Shown here one piece after another: positions 12,801 through 27,800 of a stretch of DNA of 64,000 bases (position 1 is the first letter of the stretch; each line of letters begins with the position of its first letter). Source of the DNA: Phoronis australis (taxonomy: Eukaryota; Animalia; Phoronida); NCBI GenBank assembly GCA_002633005.1, contig NMRA01000174.1, positions 92,911-156,910 on the forward strand, in the 5' to 3' direction. The notes under the pieces are model-generated. The model made no database searches. It was not told the DNA's origin and worked only from the letters and a program-made list of their open reading frames with translations. The position numbers were made by a program, and so were the translations under genes.

Positions 12801-15800
12801 CAAGTACTGTGTGTCACAATTGCACATAGCGTTTACTTTTACTAGAAGGTTGCTGCTTTGGGGGTGTATGATCTAATGAGGGGATGGGAGAACAAATACC
12901 CTACAAACTATGCCCTGTGCAGACTGGACCCGAGTCATTACAAAATCACTCTCACCATCTGTTTTTCTCAGGCTATCTACAAATGGAACCATTTACTCTA
13001 CAAAACTTCAATTATAGGAAGGTCACTCACCCAGCAATAATTCACTCCTCGGTGCTTTTAAAGAAATTGAAACTGTTTTCTGCAGTCTAATTCATGAAAC
13101 TGACAGAGGTACATAGCCTCTCAGGTCAGTTCTCTGCCACATAATGGGTTAGGGTGTCCCATTCTCAGCTTAATTCAAAATCAAAACACATAAAAAATCT
13201 TAAGTTGACACCCTCATCAGTCGAGTATGGGCAACTCTGCCAGTTCGATATCTCCCAGCAAACCAATCAATTTCAGGTAATGTTACCCTTCTCTGGAGAT
13301 CAACTTGGGTAATCAAGCACAGAATTGCCCATCATAAACATGGTTTGCAACACTGCTGGGGCGACAATTTGAATAGTTCGTGAAAAGTACACAAAGGTTT
13401 TTGAAATTTGAAAATCGGACAAGAAATACAAATTTCATAACTTAAAATCCCTTTGCCACACCAATTTTGTTACAATTGAAGTTTCAATGTGAACCGTGGT
13501 TAATCCCAAAGTTAAGCGTGAGTGTTCACATCAACTTCGGAGTTAAAGTTCAGCAAAGTTATTTATTGAACTCGCTATTTTTAGTTGCCATTCCTGCACT
13601 CCACAATCTAAGTAACCTCTGCTTGAATTCCATAATAAATTCAACACTATTACCTGGACTGCACTTATACACAAAGATCAGAACAAAGCACTTACCCAAG
13701 TTGTGAGAATCCCCAGGCATAGCCAGTGTAAAGGTGTGTGTTTAACACCCTGTTTAACTTACCATTATCTCATCAGTGGATGGAGGATACTTCCTAGGTT
13801 TTCTGTTTTTCTCCTCCAGATGTTTCAGACAAAATGCCACATGCTTTTCCAAATCAGGATCCTTACAGTGTAACAAATGACTCTTCAAGCACTGCAAAAT
13901 ACCAAAACTACATTGAAGACTAAAAATTTATGATTTTGATATCTATCATGTACACTAATTGGTGGATTTAGGCTTTTACTGGTGAAAATTCAGAGGTTCA
14001 GTTTTCTTGAACTTGGATGACAAAGTCAGTAATAAATCCTTAACATTTCTGTCATCAATTCATTGTCAAAATTCAAAGATTTCTTCTTTGTAACACATAC
14101 AAAGGCAAAGAACAAAATAAAATATTTATTCGAAACCGATGTTCATTTGGAAACAACCTTCAATTAACTGAATTACACCCTTACAAAACATTCCAGAGGC
14201 CAGATCCAAAAATCTTGGTACACATGTTTAAGCAAAACAATTGTCAGCAGGTCTTTTTTCATGCTACTGACACGAAATGCATGTTATGTGCTTTGTGTAC
14301 GTTTTTTTCTACCTTTTTACCAATGCTATTCCAACTAAGGTATGTTTTTCTGAGGTAGTGTGAAGCTAGAAAACTGTTCAGGATTCGGAACATCATATCT
14401 CAGAAATGGATGATTAGATTCAAATGAAACAGGAAATATATTTTAGACCACTAAAGCATAGTTGGTTCAATTCAGTACCCGACTCATTGACACTCACCAA
14501 CTACAAAAAATGCACCCCCCAGCCCCTGCATCCAATTTTAGTTTTTTGGAAAGCTGCACAAAAGCAAATATGTAAGCAAGGTTTAAAACATGTACTTGTC
14601 TCAGGGTGTGGGTGTTTTTCAGCCTTTTTTCAGCAATGCCATTTCAACTAAGGTATGTTTTTCCGAGAGTATGTGAAACTAGAAAAATGTCCAAGTTTGA
14701 TTAACTTCAGAACAAAATGTCTCAGAAATGGATGATCAAACTCAAATCAAACTTTCACAGTAGGCCATAACATACTTGGTTCTGATCTCTACTCTGACTC
14801 ATGTTTGAAACCAGCACTCCCCGACTAAAAAAACATGCACCCACATCCCACTTGCAATTTTCAAAATTCTCCCTTTTAAATGCTTACATCAGTTATACAG
14901 TCACCCCCCAATTTTAGTAATTCAATGAATTCAAATGAATATCCATCCCTAACTCAGTTTTCAAAAACTTATCTCAAAGCTTAACCTCTAATCTACAAAT
15001 TTCTCAATATAAATATCCACCTCAGCAATAATTAAAACAAACACAATAAGTTTTCCAATTATGACAAACGTGAGAACCCCTACACATGACTTTACAACCA
15101 GAACTAGGTCAAACATGAGTTCATCCAGGTACAAATAGCTGGTGTTTGTTTACCTAACTGGAAACTTAATTAGCCTGTCATTTGTTCAGACCATTCAATA
15201 ATCAATTAAACACCTGAGAACATAGCACCAATTGACACAATAGTCACTGCTGTACCAATACAAAGATTGAAAAACACTATGAACAAATCTGTTTCATTTT
15301 AAACCAAATGACAGGTAAAAAGGCTTACCATACTTGTCTTCGATTTTTTTTTTTCGAAAAGGAACCATACACAGCACTAATTAAGAAAAGCTACAAACTC
15401 ACATAAACCAAATTAGCGGAGGTAAATCTTTCCGTTATAGCAAAGAATATTCACATATGCAGGCAAATAACAGTGCCGCCTGAATGTTTGGCTTGAATAC
15501 CTACTGTATTTATTTACTTGTTTGTGAAAGGTTTACCTGTCACCTAATTTTGCTTATTGCTTTGCAACCAGTCAAGCATTTTTTAAATTTTGTTTTAGTC
15601 ACTGATCTTTACCTTGAAGGAAAATAATATACCAGGATTCAGTATACTTTTTAAAGCTTTGAAGAATAAATCATGATACATGAAAATTCTATTTGATTTT
15701 TTTTAAATATGGAGGAGTAAAGTTGTAAAAAAACAAGCTAAAGATTATTTATAAATGTATTTAGCTTGCATAATTGTGTTTCAAACAATCTTGGCAATTT

Positions 15801-18800
15801 CCACTCACAAAAGCATGAATCCAAATCATTTTAATGTTCCACAGGTTTTTATTATAGTTGGATACATCAAGTTAGTTAGACTGAGAAACATTGATTAAAT
15901 CAGATTTTGGCCAGATAATGGAAAGAAATTTAAAAATCTGCGCAACTACATAAGATTTCCCACTTAATGTTTCGCTTTAATCCCCAACGTATTATCAAAA
16001 CAATAAACCAATGTACACCTTAACAACTTATGAACACACAAGGAGTATACACAAACACAGCAAACTACTATAAGTCCAAGGCAACAGAGCCTCTGCTGCT
16101 GACTGAGTGAATGAGCAACTTGAGTGCTTTCCCATTAGATCCGAAACTTCACTTTTACCAAAGTTTCGGTAAGTGGGAAAGGTTAACTCTGATAGTTAAT
16201 TTGCAAGTGAAACTTCACTCAAAACAGTAGGATTCAAAAGCAAAGCTTCGGACCTAACTGAAGCTTCTGTGTAGTAGGAACACTTAGTGAAGTGTCTTCA
16301 AAGTTATCGGTAGAGGTTGAAGCAACGAAAAAAATCACGCGAGACTCGCAAAACGTGTTCCCTTGTTATTATAGAGTAGCTGACGAGCTCTCAATAGACG
16401 GAGGTAAGTAAATAAAAGAAAGCATATCTGATCAAGAATGGCACTGATAATGCACACGCTGGGTGCATGCATGCACACTCATAAATGGCAGGCGAACAAT
16501 TTTCAGTTAGCCTCGAACCTACTACTAAATATTCGTTCAGTTTGAGAGTGGTCTGTTGTCATAGCAATAACTTCGATATGGCTATTAAGTGGGAAAGGTA
16601 AGTGGAACTTCAATAAACCGAAGTTCCCCTAATGGGACAGCACTTTAGTTAACGTGAATGATCAGACTCTCATAGAGACCTGATCTCTGCAAAGTTTGGA
16701 CTGAATTGGCAACATGCTGGTGAGACTGACAATTCCTGAAAACACTGCTACTCTCAGAGGTATTATGTTCTGCCTATGACCAACTCCCAGGTTCTGCTAA
16801 CCCATCCCTAATCTTCTCTGGGTGAGGCCAATGTAGAATTTAGGACAACCTACAAACTATTTTATTCTTCAATAATATGGGAATGGATGATTTCATTCAC
16901 AAGTTGTGCAATGGCTTGAATGGGAAGATAGGCTGAACACTAGAATAACACCACTGACTAAGTCCCATAATTTATCTCTTGAGCTTGAGATCACGAGCAG
17001 CAACATAGAGCAGAGAAAAATAAACTTTTCGTAATTCAGGACCAACCTTAAACGAGCGTCATTAGCTACTATGTTCATGTTGGCAAAATATTCTTCACAA
17101 CTGCACAAGAAATTCGATGGGTAACAGAGAACATATCAGAAATAAGGTCTATATTCAGGTGAGTTCCAGGATTTTGGGTTGGGGGGTCAGGGCAGAGTAT
17201 TAGCCAGGGTGTTTCCCGTTAGAAATTCACACCTCCGAACTGCCAAACGGAATCTGGAAGAATTTTAAGGGGGGTCATGGTCCCCTTGACCCCCCTCTAA
17301 ATTCGCCACTGATATTAAAGAGCCTTTGGCAATTCAGGCTAACGGAGCTGCTTATTCACTCAATCGGCAGAGCTCTGTTGCCTTGAATCTATGGCAGTTT
17401 GTTGTGTTTGAGAAAAGTAGTGGTTTGGTCAGTTAGTTTTTAGTGCTTGACACTGTTGAGTGTACATTGGTTTATTGTCTTGATAATGCTTTAGTGATTA
17501 AAGCATCATGTTGAACATGAAAATCTATGTAGTTCCGCTGATTTTTAAATTTCTTTATACTCCCCCAACACTATTTTGTAAGAGTAAACAGCAATAAATG
17601 CAATGCCAATCTTTAGGCATGGAGCTCAAAAATCACCATAGGCATCACAAACAAAGCAAGGGACTTTCCCATAGAAATACCTACATTCAGGTAGACATGT
17701 GGGACTCTTATCACACAAACGCCCCTGCTTCTGCTCTCAGTCTGTTCACTGGCACGTGTCAAAAAGCGAAACCTTTATTCAAATGCACCACCATGTGAAT
17801 ATCAAGTCGCTCATTGTATTGATATACACATGAATCCATTAGCGTCCACTTAAGCACCCGACCACCTACCAATTTACCCACCCTGCCAAAATCTACCCAC
17901 AGCCAAAACCCAACCATATAACAGTACCTAGGTCTTCATTTTACGAAATCTAGATACTGTAGATCAGCCAATAAGTTTCGCAATCGCTAATTAAGAGATT
18001 AGCTTTGACTCTTTAATTCCTAATGATACAACTGATCAATCAACAATATCTGCCTCAGTACATCATAGAATCAAGCTTGGAGGTCATAGAAAGTTAAACA
18101 GTATCACTTCAAAATGATGGGAATGTAACAGGAGTGCAGTGTATGTGTATATAGGTTAATTGCTAGATGATCAATCCACATAATTATAGGTAATTCCAAA
18201 CATATCATTGTTGATGTTACATGATCTTCAAGGGGGAATCAACAATTAGTTGGACTTCAAAACCAGTCGGCTAGACTGCAAAACCAAATGGCTGGTGATC
18301 AAATGTGTTGTCATGACTTCAAAACGAGATAACATATCTTAAAAATTCAAATTGGCTGGACCCAAAACACGATGGACGGTGCTATAACCAGTTGACTGGT
18401 CTTTCATCATTCCTCACAAGAGTGCAGCTCTAGTTCATAAAATGATAATGTTCTCATACATTCACATGTCTAATATGATGAGCAGATTTAGGGGGCCCAC
18501 AGGACCCGGAACCCAACGCCATGCCATTAGAGGATATGCAAACATTTTCCTTCTATAACTTAAGTTTGGCCCTCGTTATGACATCCTAGATCTACCACAG
18601 AATATTTCTATATGATTGAAGAAAAGCAACTATTATGAAGCAGTCAATGTTAATCAGTACATGACATTGAACAAGCTTAAGAAATGCTAGCTCCGGTCCA
18701 TCAAAAATTGCTGATGACTTCACGAGTATAAGAATATCTAGAAATTAAAGACATTTTAAAACAATGCCTTTTCACACTTTTTAAGGAGTTTTTTCTTAAC

Positions 18801-21800
18801 TTACAAGGTTTACCATTCCAACACCAGTTTTCACAAAATTTAAAAACTAAATAACAGCGAGTTTGTTCTCAGGAAATGAAAGAATTAAAAATGTATTTGC
18901 ATGCTCCTAACTATGCTAATGTATAGCAGGAACTAAACGACAATGCTATTTGAACATCATTTACACTAAACAAAGTCCAGTTGGATTCATTGACAACTTG
19001 TAAATGTGAAAACAAAAAATTCTGCAAAAAGGTGACCTTTGCACCAATGATGAGCCTTGGGGGCTGACATAGCCTGCATCATACAGTGTTATTCCCCAAC
19101 ACCAAGTCACATACTTACTAGACATGGTTGAGTGATTTACAGTGGATCATTTTCGACACAAAACTTGTTCTTAAAAACATTTGGCAAATTTTCAATGTAC
19201 TTCATATTCACATCGCGGCTATATGTTGTGTTTCTAACTAATTTGACTAAGCAATCACAGAGACAAGGAATTAGCATGCAAGTGTTTACAGATCCATTTT
19301 CCATAAAAAAACTTGAAACTTAGGGTTATTTACTGTCAGACACACAACTGGTTGTACCTTGTTCTTTACTCAAAATCAGAGGCAATTCCTTGGCTATTAA
19401 GAAGCTGAAAGATCATTATTGCTGGATATCAGCAGCAATTGACCTAGGCTTAACCCTAATTGTCTGATCTCTTTAACCCAGAAATCATTCCTCATCTGAG
19501 TCAGTTACATGCAAGTTGATACTAATTTAGCGCTAAGTGGCCTAAATCAAAAATTAGTTTCTTTGACACCCTAAATCAGGTTTTAACAAACAAAATTCTA
19601 AGTTATTTTATGGACTATGCATCTTACACCTACAAAAAGAGACTCACTCACGAATGCGAGCAAAAATAAAACTTATTGTATTATCGCAGGTAAGTGATAT
19701 CACTCAATGACAAAATGCTATGAGTGGATTTTACATTGCAAGACTTCCTTCCGTAGACTAAGAAACTCATGATAAAACCTATAATGTAACCATAAGCTCC
19801 ATTTGTTATGCATGGCATTACAGTATTATAAGATTGGGACAGATTATAAACTTGGCAGGGTCAATAATTCTACAGATGGACCGCTGCTATGTCAGTGTTG
19901 CTTCAATTTCTTTTAATAACACTTCTGTGAGGTAAGGTAGATCACATCGTGTTTCCATACCAGGACTATCTTATTAGCGGGTTCGCAAATCATTACTGAC
20001 TGTGCTGCCAGGTTGTCACCAGATTCTGATGTGGGCATCAAATATAAACCACCAGGTGAATGCAAATCTGCATCAGGAGACCAAGTTCCCTCCGTAACAC
20101 TACTCTACAAGATGTGTGTTTTCTATGGAAAGCCAAAGCAGAAAAAATTTCAGGACACAAAGCTTCTATTCAATCATTAAATTCTCTGCAGCAACAAAAA
20201 CAATCAAAATTTATAGTGCCAGGTCCTATAATTTAACATGTAAGGACCCCAAATTTATTATGCCTTGACACAAAATTTATTACGTCTAGAAAATGTCATG
20301 CTTCAGGAAAATTTCACACGTCAGTATGGCCGGAAATTTCATACCAGGAGACCACATGACCATCTACAAGCAAAGAAATGACGTAATAGGTACACAATGT
20401 CTCGCTGACAACAGTCACATTATCGTGACAATGACGTTGAATTTCTGACGTCTCTTCCATATTTTACAACAGAAGCCAATGTTGGAGACACTAGACTTGA
20501 ATACGGCTGAACATTACAGAGACACAGCGGATTGTCATAATTACACGGTCTCCTGGCTTAAAATTTTCTCCTGGCTTAAAATTTTCTCCTGGCTTAAAAT
20601 TTTCTCCTGGCTTAAAATTTTCTCCTGGCTTAAAATTTTCTCCTGGCTTAAAATTTTCTCATGGCAAGGAATTTTCTCCTCGCATGAAATTTTTCCGGGC
20701 AAGAAATTCTATGTCCTTGCATGGTATATTTTGTGTCTTGGCATGATAAATTTTGTGTCCTGGAATGTTAAATTTTGGTCCTGACATGATAAATTATAGG
20801 TTCTGTGGTGAAAAAATTTGGTTTTGTATATAATTTTCTGGTCCTGCAGAGAATTTAATTCTTGAATAAAAAGTAGTGTCCTGGAATTTTATCCACTTTG
20901 GCTTTCCATGTTTTCAAAGGCTAAAGCATTTACTGGTATTGACTTCCAATACACATCATGTGTTAGGACTACAGGACATGACACACAGCTTGAGATCACA
21001 TGGATATAACCAAATGATGCTTGTCAATTGTTTTGCAATAAAAACTACCGTTGTAAAAAACATGGCGTCTTTCCCAAAATATGATAAATCGTTGTTTAAC
21101 CCATTACGAGCATCTCCTAGAAGTTTTTTTAAAAAATCTCTACACAGAAAAATGGAAGCTTTGGTCATTAACACATTTTGGACCCTGAAAACTTACACAT
21201 AGACCTCAGTGATAGTTAATAATTGTAAAATCTCTCCAGGAAGACTTGTGTGATGTTGCATTTTTACAAGATTGAGATTGGTGCATAACAGAATGCAGGT
21301 CTCAATTAATCTCAATGGATTATTGGTCTGCTCCAAATCAACAAAGAATGTGTATTCAGATAATAACCTGTGGGTGGTAAGATGAGACAATGATTTGCAC
21401 AATGGACACTTTGACAAATACACTAATACACCTGTTGGTATTTATTGATGATAAAGCTACCTTACCTTAGTTTGACCTGTCTTAGATCAATACCCAAACA
21501 TACATATTAGTATAGAAACTGCCTCATAGTAGTTAGAAAAGAATTTGAAATGAAAGGGACATTTCATGTGAACCCCTAAAACAATTTGTTGTTACATGAA
21601 GTCTTTAAAGAGGCATGGAACATGAAAGCTAGTCAAAAATGTCTTTTAAGCAATTCCTGACAAAAGTGCTATCTCGCAACATTTAGTACAGAGTAATTCG
21701 ATTTCCCCTGTGAGGAAATTTCTAGAAAAATCACAAAATTCTCGATTTTTGAAATATGCGCCAAGGAAAAACTCTGTGCTTACCACAGAGTTTCTAATAT

Positions 21801-24800
21801 CTCCCTCCCACTTACAATAAATGCGCTCACAGTCAGTTGCTTGACCTTGCTTGAAGTCAAAGGTCACATTTTCAATATAAGGGAAATGTGCGGATAGTTC
21901 TAAAATCCCTTCAACCCCCTTGACCCAAAACCCCTCGACCCCCTCAACCCACGACCTGTGGCGATAGAGGTGTTTGTATGATTTTTACATATTGCATAAT
22001 CTTATTATGTCGCTAAGTGACTTTTGCATAAGACATACCTACACCTGAGTCTGCTCTAGCTCAAGTCTGGTGAATAAAAACAAAAAGTGACATGAGAACT
22101 TGAACTGAAATAGCGTATTGTGAGCGCACTATCATTGTTACGGAAATAGTTCCACGAGTGGCAATTTATGGCCCAGTTCTACTAAACTTAGGGAAAGAGT
22201 ACATTAACATGAATGTACACAATTTTACATTTTTATTACTTCCTTTCTGTTGTATACTCGTTTACAACATACTCCATTAACGTTGAAATACTTTTTAGTA
22301 AACTTTATTGAGTTTGCTTTTTCAAACTGCATTTACTGATGAAATTACAGTTTTGTTGGTTCCTCGCACTCACCACAAAGATTGAATCTGCCATTCACTG
22401 AAGAGCAGATGAGACGGTTACGCTCTGCAGGGAACAACATTTGTAACGTTGGTAGGTCTTTGATTTGATTTGGTCGCTGTGTTTTTTCTGTTTTTGGCAT
22501 TCAAACTTGCCGAAGAGACTCTCTTTATTGCAAAAAAACCAGAGAAAAGCCAGCCGAGCTCACGACCCAACTCATTGGTGCTGCAAGTCAGCGCTTGTTC
22601 TATGTTCAGATGGAGTCGAGCTAAAGACTGGGTCGAGAGGGTTTTGGGTCGTGGGGTCGAGGGGTTGTGGGTAGAGGGGGTTGAGGGATTGAGGGAGTCA
22701 AAGGGGTTTTAGAACTATCTGAAATGTGCTACGTCTGTCTTGCCATACCAAATAAGGAGACGTGCTTTGCCTTGTGAGAAAAAAATCTACGAAGTGGTGA
22801 GCAGTTGACAGATTGTTTTTTTTTTATTTGAAACTAAACGAAAATGGTTTGATATCAACAGAAATTAAAAATCTTTAGGAACAAACCCTAAAAATTCCTG
22901 GTGAGCAGGTTGAATTCTGTTTCATCGCGTCAGAGGTCTCTTTAATGGTTGGGTGGTTTCTTTGTTAGTTGTTAAAGAATAGAGGAGAAAATGGAATGCT
23001 AAACGGAAATTTAGGTACTTGAGAAATTTCTATTCAAAACTTGGGAGCTGGAACCTGGCTTCAAAAAGAAAACAAAAAAGAGAAAGTGTATTGCACATGT
23101 TGATATCAGTGGTAAACTTTACACACTTTGACAGTGCTAAGAAAGGTTAAAGCACTGTGGAATGTTGTTTAACATGGCTTCTCAAAAGTAATGAAACCCA
23201 CGTCATAACATAGTAATTCCCTTTGGTTGAAATCTGGGAAATTCCTTTCAGTTTACTGTTAACTAGTACAGGCGACCACTTTTGACTTGAATAGGTACAA
23301 TTTATTAAAACAACAGAGATCGAAGCAAGCAAAATCAAGGGAACCCCCGATCCAGTGGCTTAAGCCCAAGCAAGTACAGTAAAGGCATTCGCAAGCGGTG
23401 TCGATGTGATTGGTATACTTCCCACCAAGGCATGTGCATTGATGTACACACACGGAATTCCGTGTGTCGTTCATCATGTTTCCACAGGGCCACTTTTCAA
23501 TATAGGTGGCGCTGAGTCAGAGGGTATGGTAAACTTATTAAGACCAGAGTCTTTCCTGTTCTCTTTGATATTGTTATGATTGAGAGCGAACCGTCAAAGA
23601 AATTTTTATTTCCTGGTTAATTTAATATTGTTACCATAGTAATATGTCACAAGATATGGATGTAATATCCAATGCATTGATCAAAGACAGACTACACATG
23701 ATTGCTCAAACGGTTGTTTTGTCTGCTCAGGATATCTAATAATGATGACACTCTGGACACTGATTGACAATTGTGTCATTTTTTTGAAAATAGATATGTC
23801 AAATCTATTAGAGTTCAAGTCACTACGCAGTTAATGAGGTATAAACTCATCAATTATGCCTTCATAATTCTGATACTTCAGAAAATATATTTCCTATTCG
23901 GGTATGTTTTGAAGATTTTTATCTCCAACCATGGGAACGGTTGGAAATTATTTTTAACACACGTATAATGAATAATAAAATTTATTATAAAACATACACA
24001 ACAACTGCTAAATGTGCTATATAAATGGTCTGCTTTTCACGTCTTCCACTACTACGCTTTTTTGTCGTCATTATATATCCAACCAAAACATCACTAATGG
24101 GCCATCACAGATGGAAAGCTGTGACCTCAGCTATCATGCCTCAAGTAATTAGTTAACCTCAAGTCATTGTTGCTGACACACAGCAGGACACAATGCTGAA
24201 TGTTGTTGTCAAGTGATGTAATAATTGATATTTATTGGCTGCTGTATAATTGGCTAAGTACTGAGCTCACCTCATCCAAGGTACCTAAACTACACAGTCA
24301 ACGGACTCATAAACACGACTCACGGAGCTGCAAACAACGTCCACTGACTCACAAACACGGGAACGGACTCATAAAACACAATCCACGCACCCAAATACAC
24401 GGGACGTGGACTCATATTCACGAGGAAACATGGTTAACGGACCGCCAAACACGGTTTACGGACAAAATGAATATGTCAGCTGACCCAGGAAGCCGATGAG
24501 TCTGTGACCCGTGTTTGGCGGTCCGTTAACCATGTTTAATTGTGAATATGAGTCCGTGTCCTGTGTATTTGTGTGCGTGGATCGTGTTTTGTGAGTCCGT
24601 GCCCGTGTTTATGAGTCCGTTGACCGTGTAGTTTAGGTACCTTGTCATCAACAGCACTGACTTGCACTCTGAAGGTTAAAGAAATCCAGCAACAGGGAAG
24701 GAAGTGACACATTCACTTCACCGCTTTGTGAGGCAAATTCCTCATTCCTTTTTGCCATAGTTGAGCTACGAACTGAAACATTTCGAGGTAGTTATCTCTC

Positions 24801-27800
24801 TGTCTGCATTGACCCTAACACCGCTACAGAGAAACTTTTTGACACTGGATAGGGCAAAAGTTTGAACAAAAGTTATGAAAAAATTTAATGTGGAGAACTA
24901 GGTTAATTATAACAGTTTACTCTGATTAGCCTGAAAAACCTGTTATATTACAGACCTGACAAACGTCGTGAACGTTTTTTTTTACAAAAAAAAAAACAGT
25001 AGAGAGTATAGAAGGTAGACATGCAACGAAACAACTCACCAGCCTCAACTTTTCACTAGGTACAAAGCAGGCCGAGCAAGCTGCCAGTAAGTTCCATGTG
25101 TACAGACGGCATTCCTCGCTGGGGTTCTCATTTGACTGCCTCATCAGCTGACAGTAGATCTCGTCTCGCAGATCGCTTTTGTCTATCACTGTGGCGATGA
25201 TGCTCTGAAGGGCAACAGCAGCTGCATGGGGATCAGACTTGTACGAGCCCCGTGTGTATTTGCATATGTCCTGAGAAGACGAAATAGGTTATATGTTTCC
25301 ATGATGAACCACATACAATTTTTGATAGTAAGTTTGATCTTGGACACTAGATTGAAGAGCAGTGTTACATGGACACTAGGAACAACAATATCGACTGAGC
25401 ACAGCAGTGTAGGCATACTAGATCAGTGGAACGTCAGCCCCCCTCCCAGTCTAATGACTGGCTGAAGCAATGATCCATGGGGCAGCGAGAGGCTGTCTGG
25501 TGGTCAGCTCAGATTGAAGACACTTTGGCTGTAAGTATGCCTATGAACACTTGCCAAAATGTTAACTCTCAATAACCATTCCCTAAATACAGGTGCACAA
25601 GAATGAGGTACGACAGCCTTTCTTACTTCAATACCTGGCATGCTTGGGCCAAACACCCACCATCTATTATTGGGCAAATGCTCGTACCCACTTACTCAAT
25701 TCACACACAAACAGGACTTATGGTTCCTGAAGGAACCAAGGGTTGCAAGAAGTATTCCCCATAGAGACTATGTTCTCCAAATTTTCATAGCATTTGTAGA
25801 CATTGTTTTCTCACCAATGCTATATTTTTTCTATCACTTTGTGTTCATTGTGAGCTTTTTTACATTTTCTAATAAGCCATGAAATCTGAGCTCTTCTTCC
25901 AATGAAATTAAACAATGAGAAAGTCCTTAAACCAGGTGTTGCATGAAAAGCTCCCTATTAATTTTCAATAACAAATAACTTACACTTGATGTGTATCAAA
26001 GCTAAAACTTAAGGTAGCAATGAAGATAGAATACCACTGAAAAAAGGATATTCAGTGTTCGCACAATGTCTTCAAGTGCACAGAAAATTTACAGAACATA
26101 GCCGACTCTATTGGGACTACTTCATGCAACTGAATCATTCACATATCTTTCTGATTTCGCATTTTATCTCCAGTCCATCAAAAAACATTGAATCTACTTG
26201 ACTGTGAACTCACTAGCAGCACATTGCCTACGTTATGGTATTTTTTATTTTCTTTCCAGCCTGAAGCAAATGCAACTCCCTCAGGTTGTAAATGTTCACA
26301 CCAAGTTTTCACAAAGTTTTCTTTGAAACAGCAATGCTTGGCTTAACTCACAGCCTTTGAAGATTTTCTCTTTAAACACCATGGGTGTTAACCAACACAA
26401 ATACAGACATACCTACAACATACAGCATGAGGTTGCCTTTACAAATTACACCTTACCTACACTGATCACCAGGGTGACAGCACATTACAACACCCTTTAT
26501 GTTGCCAATGCAAGACCAATCTGGTAGAAATAATTACAGGGCACTACTTTCTAATATAGATTTTCATGCTCAATTAATTCTAGCATGTCTTTGTGAATAC
26601 CTCTCTGACTTTCTGTTTGGCTGGGGCATATATTCTTTTAATGCTCTTGCCAGAATTCCTTTGGTGTCCTAGAAGATTGGGCTGGGGGATTAAGCACCTA
26701 GCCCAGCCTAGTCTTGGTTTAGCAAGGTTTCTAAACGCTATTCTCATGGCATGTCGGTTTTACCATTCTGATAACATGTTTCATAAAAATGTCTTATCCA
26801 TTCTACATTACAAGATCACCTAGAAATATTTTGACTTCAGAGAACACTTCTAAGGAGTTCTTAAAACAACTAGGACATGTGCACTTAGTACTAGATAAGA
26901 GGAAATAATTTCTGAAAATGCAGTGGGTTATCCCATCTTAAACATGAAAATTGTTAATGGAACATAAATATTGTATTTAATTGGCACCCAGGTAAGTCCT
27001 GCTTTGATAACTTCTAATACAAAGTAACTTATTCATCCATATTCAGCTAAAGAGCATTTGCCACATTTTGCAATGATCTCATCAAAGGTTAATATTGACT
27101 TGTGCATCTCCCAGGAAATCATAATCAACATTAACCTAATCACCACTGACTTAAAGAGCTCAAATGTAACAAACGAGACACGTCATTGGTTCATAATGTA
27201 AATTTACTCTAGATTAAATTGTGATCTGCAAGCTCAGGCACACTAACTTAATTTTCATGGATGGTAAAAATTCCATGATCACACCTCAGAATTCCAGCTA
27301 TGATTCTCTAAACTCCAACTCAGATTACCAAACACGGTACATCTTCTATATACAAATCCCTAGACTCGCACCTTTGAACATCAAAAAAGCAAAGACAATG
27401 AACCTTAAATGAAGACCAAACACTAGTCCTGAGACCAGACCTTAAGGTGTACCTTTAAATTCCAGCTACAGACTAGAGTTGCGGCCATGGAATCTGGTTC
27501 CAGCCATAAGATTTTTCATCAGATAAAGAGCATTTTCGATACAGGTGAGGAGTTTAGGGGAGTAGGTCTGAGGATTTTTGTAGTGGATAATTTGACGTCC
27601 TGTGTCACGGTAAAGGAATTGTTTTCATCTCCTGAATACAGCAGTGAATTTCCATTAAACTTTTATACATATGATTCTGGTGATGTCGCTTACAAAACGT
27701 TCAACAATTTTAGTGACAATTCAAGGCAAATAAATTAGCTTCATCAGCTCATTTGTTTCTGAAGCAACATGTTTTTCAGTGAAAGATCCTTGTAACCGAA

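Larger units (their letters stand above)
15922..17556. mobile_element. Old DNA transposon with long (about 200 bp) diverged inverted arms, hosting two younger insertions
   Basis: 15922-16120 (aaagaaatttaaaaatctgcgcaactacata...caataaaccaatgtacac...caaggcaacagagc...tgagtgaat) is the reverse complement of about 17345-17556. Confidence 0.7.

Noticed and set aside
20479-20784. ORF with SWLKIF repeats
   Set aside because: It is a translation of an 18-bp tandem array inside a TIR element, with no splice or homology support.
27487-27738. 83-aa ATG-initiated plus-strand ORF as a nested gene
   Set aside because: No domain, no supporting splice structure, and a length within chance expectation.
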